A DNA stretch of 64,000 nt, from positions 192,001-256,000 of the forward strand of contig CAWFGE010000008.1 of NCBI GenBank assembly GCA_963815195.1, given 5' to 3'. The translations under genes and the position numbers were made by a program. Numbering within the stretch: position 1 is the stretch's first letter; each line of letters opens with the position of its first letter. The notes beneath the pieces are model-generated. The model was not told where the DNA came from. It did not search any database and was given only the letters and a program-made list of their open reading frames with translations. Shown piece by piece: positions 20,999 through 31,755 of this stretch. Source of the DNA: an uncultured Planctomycetaceae bacterium (GTDB lineage Bacteria; Planctomycetota; Planctomycetia; Planctomycetales; Planctomycetaceae).

Positions 20999-22093
20999 AT
21001 GTCACAGCATCTTAAAACGCCACCGCGAGTGGAGCGACGCAGCAGGATCGGAATGCTGACACGATGGGCATTGATCGGCGTCGCCCTCGCAGTTGCGGGA
21101 ACCCTGGCCTACTGCGGCGGGTGGTTCAGCCACGCCCCCCTAACACCCGCCATGTTCATCGACCGGTTCGAGCAGGTTGACGGCGTCCATTCCGGGTTCC
21201 GGCGGAATCACGCGAAAGGGGTTGGGGTATCTGGCTTCTTTGAGAGCAACGGTAACGGAGTCCGCCTCTCCAAAGCCGCCGTGTTCGAACCGGGACGCGT
21301 GCCGGTACTTGGACGCTTCTCCCTCGATGGCGGGCAACCGTACCAGCCCGACCGGCCGAACACCCGGCGCGGTCTTGGGCTTCAACTCTCGCTACCCAAC
21401 GGCGAACAGTGGCGAACCGCGCTGATCAGTTTTCCACTGTTTCCGGTCAGCACACCGGAGATCTTCTACAAGCGCCTGCTCGCTTTCAAGCAAGACCCAG
21501 CGACCGCAAAGCCCGATCCCGCCCAGGTGCGAGCATTTGAAGAGCGTCATCCTGAAACGATCGAGGTGCTCAAGAAGATCGCCGCCGAGCCGCGTTCGTC
21601 GGGATTCGGCAACACTACCTTCAATGGTCTGAACACATTCCTTTTTGCGAACGCTGCGGGCAAGACGACTCCCGTACGCTGGGTTCTGAAACCGATGCAG
21701 CCGTTCGAGGCGGCCGGCGCCGCGCCACCGGAGAAGAACTACTTGTTCGATGATCTCATCACGCGCATCCATCGGCGACCGCTCCGCTGGCGTCTGATCG
21801 TCATTGTTGGAATCCCCTTTGATCCGACCAACGACCCCAGCGTCGGCTGGCCGGTGGACCGCGAACAAGTGGACGTCGGCACGCTGACGCTCGATCGAGT
21901 CGAGGCGGAGGAAACCAGCGCCGCCACGGCTATCATCTTCGACCCGCTGATATTGCCAGCCGGGATGGCGCCATCGGACGATCCGATTCTCCGCGTTCGT
22001 TCGTCGGTGTATTCAGAATCGTTCACCAGGCGCAATGGCGAGACGAAACAGCAGAGTGCGATCACGCCCCCAGAAGTAGAGAAGGGAAAATAG
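20999..22093 (+). CDS. Catalase-related peroxidase (SrpA-like), N-terminal membrane anchor
   Basis: FRRNHAKG, VLGRFS, SDDPILRVRSSVYSESF. Confidence 0.88.
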   Translation: MSQHLKTPPRVERRSRIGMLTRWALIGVALAVAGTLAYCGGWFSHAPLTPAMFIDRFEQVDGVHSGFRRNHAKGVGVSGFFESNGNGVRLSKAAVFEPGRVPVLGRFSLDGGQPYQPDRPNTRRGLGLQLSLPNGEQWRTALISFPLFPVSTPEIFYKRLLAFKQDPATAKPDPAQVRAFEERHPETIEVLKKIAAEPRSSGFGNTTFNGLNTFLFANAAGKTTPVRWVLKPMQPFEAAGAAPPEKNYLFDDLITRIHRRPLRWRLIVIVGIPFDPTNDPSVGWPVDREQVDVGTLTLDRVEAEETSAATAIIFDPLILPAGMAPSDDPILRVRSSVYSESFTRRNGETKQQSAITPPEVEKGK

Positions 22094-22217
22094 CCCTGGA
22101 AATCCAATGAAGCCCGTTCGCGGTCGCCTCGCGGAATGGTTTGTAGTGAAGCGGACCACGACTGAAAAATCACCATCTCAACGTGACTGAACCTAAAAAC
22201 CACAGGAGGACCTGCGC

Positions 22218-23060
22218 ATGACCAACGGGACACCCAAACGGATTCTTCTCGCACGTCGATCTCCCGAGTACTGGCGCGTGACGTTCGATCACCCGCCGCT
22301 CAACATTTTCGGGCCGGAATCGATTCCTCAACTCAACGAGATCGTCACGGCGCTCGAGACCGACGAGCAAGTCAAAGTTGTCGTCTTCGACAGCGCCGTC
22401 GAGGGATTCTTCTTGACGCACTACGACTTTCTCGCACGGCCCGAGGAAACCACGCGACTTCCCCCAGGTCCCACAGGATTACAACAGCTTCCGGACATGC
22501 TCGTGCGGCTGAGTCGCGCACCGGTCGTTTCGATCGCGAGTATCCGCGGACGGGCGACGGGCGTCGGCAGCGAACTCGCGCTCGCCAGCGACATGCGCTT
22601 CGCCGGCCGGGAGAAAGCGATTCTGTCGCAATGGGAAGTGGGCGCTGGGCTCGTACCGGGTGGCGGTCCGATGGCCCGGCTTCCCCGCTTGATCGGGCGG
22701 GGGCGTGCCCTGGAAGTACTTCTCGGGGCGGACGACATCGGCGGCGACCTGGCGGAGCGGTATGGGTACGTCAATCGCTCGTTCCCGGACGCCGAACTCG
22801 ACGGGTTCGTTGACGCTCTCGCCACGAGGATTGCGTCGTTCGATAAGCAGGCGATCGCGGAGACGAAGCGCTTGGTCAACCTGAACAGTCTGCCCCCCGA
22901 TGCGGAGATCGCGCCGGAGTGGGACGCGTTCCTCGCCGCGCTGGGACGCCCCGCCGCCGAGGCGAGAATTCGGATGCTGTTCGACCGCGGCTTCCACAAA
23001 CCGGGAGACGTCGAAACCCGGTTGGGGTATCACGTCGGCCGGCTCGGGGTCGCCGACTAA
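22218..23060 (+). CDS. Enoyl-CoA hydratase/isomerase family protein
   Basis: DHPPLN, GRATGVGSELALASDMRFA, EVGAGLVPGGG. Confidence 0.9.
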   Translation: MTNGTPKRILLARRSPEYWRVTFDHPPLNIFGPESIPQLNEIVTALETDEQVKVVVFDSAVEGFFLTHYDFLARPEETTRLPPGPTGLQQLPDMLVRLSRAPVVSIASIRGRATGVGSELALASDMRFAGREKAILSQWEVGAGLVPGGGPMARLPRLIGRGRALEVLLGADDIGGDLAERYGYVNRSFPDAELDGFVDALATRIASFDKQAIAETKRLVNLNSLPPDAEIAPEWDAFLAALGRPAAEARIRMLFDRGFHKPGDVETRLGYHVGRLGVAD

Positions 23061-23105
23061 GTTGGATGCGTTCGCATTGAACGCCAACATCCAAAGGAGA
23101 ACGCC

Positions 23106-23399
23106 ATGGCGAAACGTTGTGAACACTTACAGGATTTGACGGTGGCCGGCTTCCCACCGCCGCGAACGCCGGGGGCCTGTGAGGAGTGCCTGAAAGAGGG
23201 TACGGGCTGGGTCGAACTCCGGGAGTGCCAGACGTGCGGCCATGTCGGCTGCTGCGACTCCTCGCCCGGCAAGCACGCGACAAAGCACTTCTATGAGACG
23301 GGCCATCCCGTGATGAGATCCGTAATGCCCGGAGCGACGTGGACGTGGTGCTACGTCCACCAGGCGGAAGGACGCCTCGGGCAGGACTCGGGTTCCTGA
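23106..23399 (+). CDS. UBP-type zinc finger protein
   Basis: CEH, CEEC, CQTCGHVGCCDSS, HATKH, WCY. Confidence 0.9.
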   Translation: MAKRCEHLQDLTVAGFPPPRTPGACEECLKEGTGWVELRECQTCGHVGCCDSSPGKHATKHFYETGHPVMRSVMPGATWTWCYVHQAEGRLGQDSGS

Positions 23400-23974
23400 G
23401 TGGCTCGCGAGGCGTGGCGGCTTCATTTTCTCCACGCTTCAACGATGCGTCGGCCGACGAAGTACTGAAGATTGAGGGAGCGTAAATGGCGAGGTTGTTG
23501 TCAGTCAACGTAGGGCATCCCCGCGAGATCGCGTGGCACGGGAAGACCGTCTACACGTCCATGTGGAAGGCGTCAGTGCAGGGACGCCGCTTGGTTGGGC
23601 GGCTCTACGTCGATGGCGACGCACAAGGCGATCTGCACGGTCACGGCGGAGAACATCGCGCCGTTTTTGTTTACCAAATGGATTCTTACCATTACTGGGA
23701 GCGGGAGCTGAAGCGGTACGACTTTACATTCGGGCAATTTGGGGAAAACTTCACGGTGGAAGGCCTGGCGGACAACGAGGTCTCAATCGGAGACCGCTTC
23801 CGGATTGGCGGAGCGATGTTTGAAGTCACGCAGCCGCGTGTAACCTGCTACCGCGTCGGCATCAGAATGGATGAGCCCAGGATGGCTGCTTTGCTTGTCG
23901 CACATCACCGCCCGGGATTCTATCTCCGTGTCCTGGAGGAAGGGGAGGTGGGAGCTGGCGACGAAATAGTCCGA

Positions 23975-25523
23975 GGAACAGTCAGGACATAGGTGGCGCT
24001 TTTAGGTCAGGACATGGGTGGCGCTGGACTTCAGTTTCGGTTGGAACTCAACACGATGATGAGAACTCTTAAAGACCTTCCGGTTAAAGCGCCGAAGACT
24101 GCCTTACCCACGAGGAGGATAGGTCTCTGCTGGGAAGCAACCCGAGCGCCGGCGTGGGGTCCGAAGCAGGAGGGGAGCGCGCCACAGGGTTCGCTTCCCT
24201 TCTTGTCTTCCCCAACCTGCTTTGGACCCCAGGCGAAAAATCCTGGGGGTTTGGGGGCAAAGCCCCCAACAGTCTTACGACTTGACGGCTGTAAACTTCT
24301 GGGTTTCCAGGTCCACTTCGCCCAACCGCAGCCGGCAAAACCACAAGCCGTAACGCTTCGCCGCTTCGTACTTCAAGCCCACGTCCCAGCCGGCCAAGGC
24401 TTCCGAAACGGGGATGCGGATGTTGTGAACCTTGATCGCCCCGCTGGGGCCCACATGGCGGCGCAAATACTCCGCCGGGTACTCCAACACCAACTCGTCC
24501 GCCTCGAAGCGGCGCGGCGAGGGAACGTACAAATCGGCGGGAACCTGCATCCCCAGAGCCTCGTGCGGACGCTCGGTGTTGTAGGTGGCGCGCCATACGT
24601 CCAAGGCCGCCTGTTGGGAGGGGAGCGTGGCCTCGGCGTCGCATTCCAACTCCCAAGCAATGTCCCGATGCATTCGCTCGTGCGCCATTCTGATCCGGCC
24701 GCGCGGGCGGAATCCGATCCAGGTCCACGCCCAATGCCAGCCACCAGGCCGACAGACGGCTCAGACCCAATGGAGCCCGCGTGCAAGCAAACGGCGAGCC
24801 GTTGTCGCTGCGAATGACTTCCGGCAAGCCCTGCTGGAGGAACAATCGCTCGAACGCGCTCTGAACGGTCTGAGTGCGGCTGTTCTCCAAAGCCTGCGCG
24901 CAAAGAATGAAGCGGCTGTAAGCGTCGCGCACCGTCAAGGGCTCGAAGCGCATCCGATCCCCGGTGCGCCACCAGCCTTTGAAATCGACCGTCCAGACGT
25001 GATTGGGCCGCTCGGCTTCGAGACGGTTTTGAATCCGGCCCGACTCCACCGAAGCGCGACGCCGGCGGCGCTTGACCAAGCCCGCTTTGTCGAGCACCCG
25101 CTTGAACGTGCTTTCCGATGGCAGATCGACCTCGGGATGATTCCGACCAAACACGGCGCGGATCTTCCGTGGTCCCCAAGCCGGATGCGCCAGCTTCAAC
25201 TTGACCATCCGGCAAAGGGTTTCCTCGCCGACCTGATTCGGACTTTGAGCGGGTCGACGCGATTGATCGCCCAACCCCTCCAAGCCTTGTTCCAAAAAAC
25301 GTTCTTTCCATTTGTAACCCGTCTTGCGGCTGATCCCATACTCCTGGCACAGATCGGCAAATGGGACCTTCGACTCAAACACACGCAGCACAAACTCTGT
25401 CCGCAGATTCAAAACATCGACCTCTTTCCAGGGCATAATCTGGTCTCCTTTCGACCAGATTTTCCCTTAAAGTGTCACCTATGTCCTGAACCAGAACTGT
25501 TACCCATGTCCTGAACCTGTACC
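23975..25523 (-). mobile_element. IS481-family insertion sequence (1549 bp), 4-bp target duplication CCGA
   Basis: Imperfect TIRs GGAACAGTCAGGACATAGGT / GGTACAGGTTCAGGACATGGGT with repeated subterminal motifs; CCGA at 23971-23974 and 25524-25527. Confidence 0.9.
24275..25436 (-). pseudogene. IS481 transposase, frameshift near 24688
   Basis: MPWKE, ISRKTGYKW, WTVDFKG, IRSDNGSPF, QNG then (other frame) AHERMHR, YNTERPHEAL. Confidence 0.88.
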
Positions 25524-25766
25524 CCGAATCGCCCAGGGACCTGAACTCCTGACGGTCGCGGATGTTGACGCCCTGCTCTATCTGCCCGGAGCAACCAAAG
25601 AAGAACTTGAGCGGGTTTTGCATATCCCGGCATTGAGCGCGGGTTGGAAGTCTTCATTTGAGGCTCTTGTCCGGCAGATGACGCAGCCGGGTTCGCACAC
25701 TGGGAACGCCGGGCTAACGTCATACGAACAAACGATCACAGCCGCTGCTGGATTCCGGCATCTGAA

Positions 25767-27544
25767 CCCGGATTATTCACCAAAAAAGCTGAAGAAAGAA
25801 GGAACCATCGCGTGACCCCCTGCGTTTAAGTGTTATATGCAATCCCAACACCAAACGGAGGAATCACGCGATGGGTGAAGCTCAGACTAACGTTTTCGAG
25901 CCCGATTTCAATCGTTCCATCAAGGTCAAGGCCGTCGATGGGCGGCTCACGTCACACGCCGGTGCCGTTCTCCTGCGGGACTTCGATCATCGGCTCGGAC
26001 TCACCGAATCCCTTGCCGATCGACTGATCGATCCTCGCCGGCAAGACCGCGTCCGCTATCAAGGCGTCGAACTGCTGCGGGAAAGAATCTACGCCATGGC
26101 CCTGGGAGAGTCCGATCAGGATGATCTCGACCGGCTCGCCCATGATCCCGCCATGAAGATGGCCGCCTGGGACCGGCCCGGCGAAGAAGTGCTCAACCAA
26201 CGCCTGGCCAGCCAGCCCACCCAATCCCGGCTCATCGATTGGCTGGCCGACTGCAAGACGAATCTCGAGGCCGTGCGGAGCGCCTTGTTCGACTGGATCC
26301 ATCGGCACATCAAAAGCACCGGCGACAGCGACCGCCGCGTCCGCTACGCCACCATCGACATTGACAGTTTCCCAATGCAGGTTTATGGCCAGCAGCCGGG
26401 GGCCCGCTACAACGGTTACTACAAGGAGACCGTCTATCATCCGCTGGTCGCTAGTTTCTCGGTCGGCGGCGACTACGATAGCGCGCGGGAAGGCCAGCGG
26501 CTGGGCAACGGCTTCATTCATGCCATCCTGCGGCAAGGCAGCGTGCATACGGCCAATGGCATCCGGCGGTTTATTCGCAACGTGGTCGGCAAGGCCCGGC
26601 AACTGGCGTGGAGCTTCGACCTCCGGATCGATGCGGGTTTCATCGCCGGCCCGGTGTTGGATGAGTTGACCGACGAAAACATCCGTTTTTGCGGGAGAAT
26701 CAAGAAGAACAACGTGCTGGAAGAGATGGCCGCGCCCTATCTGACACGTCCCGTAGGCCGGCCGCCCAAAGGGGGATATGAGGACGTGATCGAACTCGGA
26801 AAGTACCAAGCCGAGGGCTGGCGTCATCCGCAGCGGGTGATTCTGGTCATCGTCGACAAGCCGGAGGCGAAGACGGGCCAACTGGCTCTGTTTCCGCGTT
26901 ACTTCTTCCTGATCACAAACTGGACCGAGGAGCAACGCTCGGCGGATGAGGTGTTGTCGCACTACCGCAAGCGCGGCACGTTCGAGGACCGGCTGGGCGA
27001 ATTCAACGCGGTGATTGGCTGCCGTCTTTCGTCATCGGTGTTTGCGGAGAACGAAGTGACGTTGCTGTTGGGCCTGCTGGCGTTCAACCTGGCGTCGATG
27101 CTGCGGATCGAGTTCGAGGACGAGTTGGGCGGTTGCTGGGACTTGCATCGTTTCCAGCAGTCGGTGCTGCGGACAGGAGCGCGGGTCGTGAAGCACTCCC
27201 GCCGCCTCGTGATTTACATTGAGGAAAGCGTCCGCGCGTTTTGGGCAGCGATGTCTTCCCGCATCCGATCGCTGCGCCTGGCCAACCTCTGGCCACGTCC
27301 GCGTGGAGCTCGCCCGCGGCCCTACACACCTCTCCCACGTCACGCCCATGAGCAACTGGTTCTTCGGGACTGAGCAGTTCGCCATCGTGGCATCCGCCTT
27401 TCTGTTTCTTTCCTTCACTCACCCAACGATCGCCAGGCCCCAGGGGGAAAGGGGGCGGTCCGCCCATCCTCCGCTCCCCAACCACCCGGTGCACTTTCCG
27501 CCACGGAAATACTCACCACGCACGGACCTGATGAATAATCCGGG
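25767..27544 (+). mobile_element. IS1380-family IS, copy 1 (1778 bp), no target duplication
   Basis: TIR CCCGGATTATTCA...TGAATAATCCGGG; flanks CTGAA and TTCAC. Confidence 0.92.
25871..27373 (+). CDS. IS1380-family DDE transposase
   Basis: LTSHAGAVLL, LASQPTQSR, IDIDS, RIDAGF, YRKRGTFE. Confidence 0.92.
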   Translation: MGEAQTNVFEPDFNRSIKVKAVDGRLTSHAGAVLLRDFDHRLGLTESLADRLIDPRRQDRVRYQGVELLRERIYAMALGESDQDDLDRLAHDPAMKMAAWDRPGEEVLNQRLASQPTQSRLIDWLADCKTNLEAVRSALFDWIHRHIKSTGDSDRRVRYATIDIDSFPMQVYGQQPGARYNGYYKETVYHPLVASFSVGGDYDSAREGQRLGNGFIHAILRQGSVHTANGIRRFIRNVVGKARQLAWSFDLRIDAGFIAGPVLDELTDENIRFCGRIKKNNVLEEMAAPYLTRPVGRPPKGGYEDVIELGKYQAEGWRHPQRVILVIVDKPEAKTGQLALFPRYFFLITNWTEEQRSADEVLSHYRKRGTFEDRLGEFNAVIGCRLSSSVFAENEVTLLLGLLAFNLASMLRIEFEDELGGCWDLHRFQQSVLRTGARVVKHSRRLVIYIEESVRAFWAAMSSRIRSLRLANLWPRPRGARPRPYTPLPRHAHEQLVLRD

Positions 27545-27884
27545 TTCACGAATTCTGATATTCCGCCCCTTGGACGAAGCCGCGATGATCGGCATTGCTA
27601 GGCTACAAATCGAAAAGATGAAGATGACTTGGAAACGAAAACGCGAGAAGAATCTGATTGTACCGGATACACTCATCCAAGGGATCGGTCAACGTGGCCA
27701 TCAACTCAACGAAGACGTCAACGGCCAAGAAGGCGGCCGCATCATCCGCAAACACCTAGTAGACATTATCGAAACTTCAATTCAACAAGCGGCGACCGCT
27801 AATCCAATGGAATATACAAAGGCGACCGATATTGTCATTTCTCAGCAAACTTTAAGTGAACCCGTCTCCGTAGCATTTCGCTGA
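27545..27884 (+). pseudogene. 3' remnant of a Clp/AAA+ ATPase gene (D2-small-like domain)
   Basis: ILIFRPLD...IARLQIEK...EGGRIIRKHLVDIIE; begins exactly at the IS end. Confidence 0.6.
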
Positions 27885-28835
27885 CTCGTTGACGAAGTCA
27901 CTGCTGCAATCAACAATACGGCAAAACCACGGTTAGCATACCACAATCTCTACAGCGTTAATTCGGCAACGAATGCGATCATTAATCGGACGGGCACAAG
28001 TGCCACCTTCCAACAGCTAACGGGTCGTACAAATCGCACCGGATGTGAACTGAATTGCGGTTCCTATGAACTGTTTTACATCCGGGTCTTGCTCTTTTTC
28101 ATAAAGAGCCTGAAGTTTTTTTTGATGACGTGGCCGAACCGCAGACATCATCGCAAACGCAACCAAAGCACGTCGTTTCGCGTCGGATGACTTTTCTAAA
28201 TCCTTAATGAGTCGGCCGACTTCGGCGGAATTCACCGGACCGATTACATATAAGAACAGTGCAGCTGCTTGGTATGTTGACTCATCTCGAATGCGTTGGT
28301 CCATCAGAATCTTAGTGGCTGCCAAAGCAATTTTGTCACCTCTGTCCAAAAATCCGTACAAATCGTTTTGCAGATTCAGTGTTACAGGCATTGGATTAAG
28401 ATCCGCCAAAATCGCTTTTTCGGCACTAAACAACTCCTTCAAAAGCCTATCAATACGATCGGGCTGCAAACGGCAGAGAGTGATCGTGATATAATATGCG
28501 TCCAGGCTTTCGGCTTTAATCGCAAGCTGCCTCGCCTCTTCGAGAAGTTTCAGGACGCCATCTTTTTCACGACGACCAACATATTGCAATGTTGTTATGA
28601 GGCTGCCAGTATCATCAAGAAAGGATGTTGACCTCCATAAACGCGGATCCCGGCGTCGACGTTCCAGGCCAGCACTCACTTCCGCCACCAAGGTCGGAAT
28701 CATCAGCTTTTGAAACCATGCTGCCGGACGCATCAACGGAAGAACGATTGAGAGCAAGGTAACTGACTCACTGTTTTTCTTCAGCGCATTCGTAATTGCC
28801 ATTTCATGCTTCTTCGACCCGCCGCCACAATTCAG

Positions 28836-30613
28836 CCCGGATTATTCATCAGGTTCGTGCGTGGTGAGTATTTCCGTGGCGGAAAGTGCACCGGGTGGTT
28901 GGGGAGCGGAGGATGGGCGGACCGCCCCCTTTCCCCCTGGGGCCTGGCGATCGTTGGGTGAGTGAAGGAAAGAAACAGAAAGGCGGATGCCACGATGGCG
29001 AACTGCTCAGTCCCGAAGAACCAGTTGCTCATGGGCGTGACGTGGGAGAGGTGTGTAGGGCCGCGGGCGAGCTCCGCGCGGACGTGGCCAGAGGTTGGCC
29101 AGACGCAGCGATCGGATGCGGGAAGACATCGCGGCCCAAAACGCGCTCACGCTTTCCTCAATGTAAATCACGAGGCGGCGGGAGTGCTTCACGACCCGCG
29201 CTCCTGTCCGCAGCACCGACTGCTGGAAACGATGCAAGTCCCAGCAACCGCCCAACTCGTCCTCGAACTCGATCCGCAGCATCGACGCCAGGTTGAACGC
29301 CAGCAGGCCCAACAGCAACGTCACTTCGTTCTCCGCAAACACCGATGACGAAAGACGGCAGCCAATCACCGCGTTGAATTCGCCCAGCCGGTCCTCGAAC
29401 GTGCCGCGCTTGCGGTAGTGCGACAACACCTCATCCGCCGAGCGTTGCTCCTCGGTCCAGTTTGTGATCAGGAAGAAGTAACGCGGAAACAGAGCCAGTT
29501 GGCCCGTCTTCGCCTCCGGCTTGTCGACGATGACCAGAATCACCCGCTGCGGATGACGCCAGCCCTCGGCTTGGTACTTTCCGAGTTCGATCACGTCCTC
29601 ATATCCCCCTTTGGGCGGCCGGCCTACGGGACGTGTCAGATAGGGCGCGGCCATCTCTTCCAGCACGTTGTTCTTCTTGATTCTCCCGCAAAAACGGATG
29701 TTTTCGTCGGTCAACTCATCCAACACCGGGCCGGCGATGAAACCCGCATCGATCCGGAGGTCGAAGCTCCACGCCAGTTGCCGGGCCTTGCCGACCACGT
29801 TGCGAATAAACCGCCGGATGCCATTGGCCGTATGCACGCTGCCTTGCCGCAGGATGGCATGAATGAAGCCGTTGCCCAGCCGCTGGCCTTCCCGCGCGCT
29901 ATCGTAGTCGCCGCCGACCGAGAAACTAGCGACCAGCGGATGATAGACGGTCTCCTTGTAGTAACCGTTGTAGCGGGCCCCCGGCTGCTGGCCATAAACC
30001 TGCATCGGGAAACTGTCGATGTCGATGGTGGCGTAGCGGACGCGGCGGTCGCTGTCGCCGGTGCTTTTGATGTGCCGATGGATCCAGTCGAACAAGGCGC
30101 TCCGCACGGCCTCGAGATTCGTCTTGCAGTCGGCCAGCCAATCGATGAGCCGGGATTGAGTGGGTTGGCTGGCCAGGCGTTGGTTGAGCACTTCTTCGCC
30201 GGGCCGGTCCCACGCGGCCATCTTCATAGCGGGATCATGGGCGAGCCGGTCGAGATCATCCTGATCGGACTCTCCCAGGGCCATGGCGTAGATTCTTTCC
30301 CGCAGCAGTTCGACGCCTTGATAGCGGACGCGGTCTTGCCGGCGAGGATCGATCAGTCGATCGGCAAGGGATTCGGTGAGTCCGAGCCGATGATCGAAGT
30401 CCCGCAGCAGAACGGCACCGGCGTGTGACGTGAGCCGCCCATCGACGGCCTTGACCTTGATGGAACGATTGAAATCGGGCTCGAAAATGTTAGGCTGAGC
30501 TTCACCCATCGCGTGTTTCCTCCGTAGGGTTTCGGGATTGGATATAACACTTAAACGCACAGGGTCACGCGATGGTTCCTTCTTTTTTCAGCTTTTTTGG
30601 TGAATAATCCGGG
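28836..30613 (-). mobile_element. IS1380-family IS, copy 2 (1778 bp), 5-bp target duplication TTCAG
   Basis: Same TIRs; TTCAG at 28831-28835 and 30614-30618. Confidence 0.93.
29007..30509 (-). CDS. IS1380-family DDE transposase
   Basis: Nearly identical to 25871-27373. Confidence 0.92.
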   Translation of the reverse strand: MGEAQPNIFEPDFNRSIKVKAVDGRLTSHAGAVLLRDFDHRLGLTESLADRLIDPRRQDRVRYQGVELLRERIYAMALGESDQDDLDRLAHDPAMKMAAWDRPGEEVLNQRLASQPTQSRLIDWLADCKTNLEAVRSALFDWIHRHIKSTGDSDRRVRYATIDIDSFPMQVYGQQPGARYNGYYKETVYHPLVASFSVGGDYDSAREGQRLGNGFIHAILRQGSVHTANGIRRFIRNVVGKARQLAWSFDLRIDAGFIAGPVLDELTDENIRFCGRIKKNNVLEEMAAPYLTRPVGRPPKGGYEDVIELGKYQAEGWRHPQRVILVIVDKPEAKTGQLALFPRYFFLITNWTEEQRSADEVLSHYRKRGTFEDRLGEFNAVIGCRLSSSVFAENEVTLLLGLLAFNLASMLRIEFEDELGGCWDLHRFQQSVLRTGARVVKHSRRLVIYIEESVSAFWAAMSSRIRSLRLANLWPRPRGARPRPYTPLPRHAHEQLVLRD

Positions 30614-31135
30614 TTCAGAATCACGGCGGCTACAGCGGCCTGATTTTCTGGAAGAGTGGCGGTAAACTCATCAACGAGAATCGGACGCAGATCCTTTGGC
30701 ATCTCTTTAATGTTGGAAATGGCCGCCAGGACCACTGCGTAGCGACACGACTTTTCCCGCAGGTGGGGAAGCTCCCTAAGCAAGTGCGGCAGGGCACGTG
30801 GGCCGACTGCTACAATGGCGTCCACAAAAGCCGACATTGGGATGTGGACATCGGGCATGTTCCGCTCGCCCAGAATTTTGTTGATGAGTACGACACTTTG
30901 TCGTTCGTTTAGCTTCGAATGTGCAAGGTGCTGAGCGGCGAACTGAGTACAGAAAAGGTCTTTACGATCGGACATCGAATCAAGCAGATGGTTGATATAC
31001 TCGTCTGATTCCTGCTGCGGTTCCTCTGCCACGGCAGTCATCAATGGAACGAAACAGAGCATCGCGAGATACAACGGTCGCCACATTCGGATGATTGATT
31101 TCTGTTGTTGCATCGGTTGTCTCCCAAGTTGGTCG

Positions 31136-31432
31136 CTAATGCTGCGGACAAAACGCCGGTCGGCGTCCTGTTTTCTTCCCGGGGCGGTTAATGTAATCGA
31201 ACGTCAAGTTGCTGCGTTGGCAGTTGCGGGGGTTGCCGTCCCTGAAGTAGACATGCTGGCCGGGTTGAGGGTTCATCACGGCCCGATGCAGCCGCGTGGT
31301 CCGGTAGCGCTTCTTTCCAGTGCGAACCTTCTCGATCACGTAGCCCTGCTCGAACCGCCACGACCTCTCCGCCAGGTGAGCGTCTTCCCTGCTCACCAAA
31401 GCCTCGGTTCCGTCCGGGAGTGGCAGCCTCAT
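31136..31432 (-). CDS. Phage-type HNH endonuclease-like small protein (degenerate motif)
   Basis: ALVSRED...RLHRAVM...VYFRDGNPRNCQRSNL, compare the HNH_3-type consensus VDHIxGxxLDNRxxNL. Confidence 0.55.
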   Translation of the reverse strand: MRLPLPDGTEALVSREDAHLAERSWRFEQGYVIEKVRTGKKRYRTTRLHRAVMNPQPGQHVYFRDGNPRNCQRSNLTFDYINRPGKKTGRRPAFCPQH

Positions 31433-31574
31433 GGTCTGATGAAGGCACCGAAGCCAAATTGTGGATTGGCACAATGTGCCAATCCGGGTGACTATTCCTG
31501 AGAAACCCTGACTACAGATGAACTCAAATGACAAATCGGAAATCTAGGGACATCAAGGAGTTGTGACCGGAAGT

Positions 31575-31755
31575 GTTGATTTAGCAATCACTTACGCCAA
31601 GTCCTAATGAGAATCCCTCTCTCTCCGCTTTTGTTCACTTGTGCCGCATGTCGCAAGTGGCTATTTTCATTGGGGTTATGGATTTATCTTTGATCAAGTC
31701 CACCCGGATTTTTTGTCCGTTTTGGCCCAAAGTCCGATAAGTCGTCCGATAACGT
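31575..31755 (+). other. att-like site with tRNA-Ser-type 3' fragment and arm-like repeats
   Basis: GAGAATCCCTCTCTCTCCGC at 31609-31628; GTCCGATAA twice at ~31732-31752; AT-rich context. Confidence 0.5.

Larger units (their letters stand above)
23486..25766 (+). pseudogene. MOSC-domain oxidoreductase interrupted by IS481 (pieces 23486-23974 and 25528-25766) and cut by IS1380
   Basis: HGGEHRA, FGENFTV, VTQPRVTCYR; removing IS481 restores DEIVRIAQGPELLTVADVDALLY in frame. Confidence 0.9.
28017..31113 (-). pseudogene. Secreted helical (HEAT-like) hypothetical protein split by IS1380 (31113-30614 plus 28830-28017)
   Basis: Signal-peptide-like N-terminus; removing the IS gives in-frame AVILNCGGGSKKHEMAITN, 437 aa. 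Confidence 0.75.

Noticed and set aside
23993..24817. 274-aa ORF inside IS481 as a passenger gene
   Set aside because: Mostly antisense to the transposase; no recognisable motif
25767..30613. Composite transposon formed by the two inverted IS1380 copies
   Set aside because: Copy 2 has its own target duplication and splits a gene continuing on both sides; outer flanks are not a direct repeat
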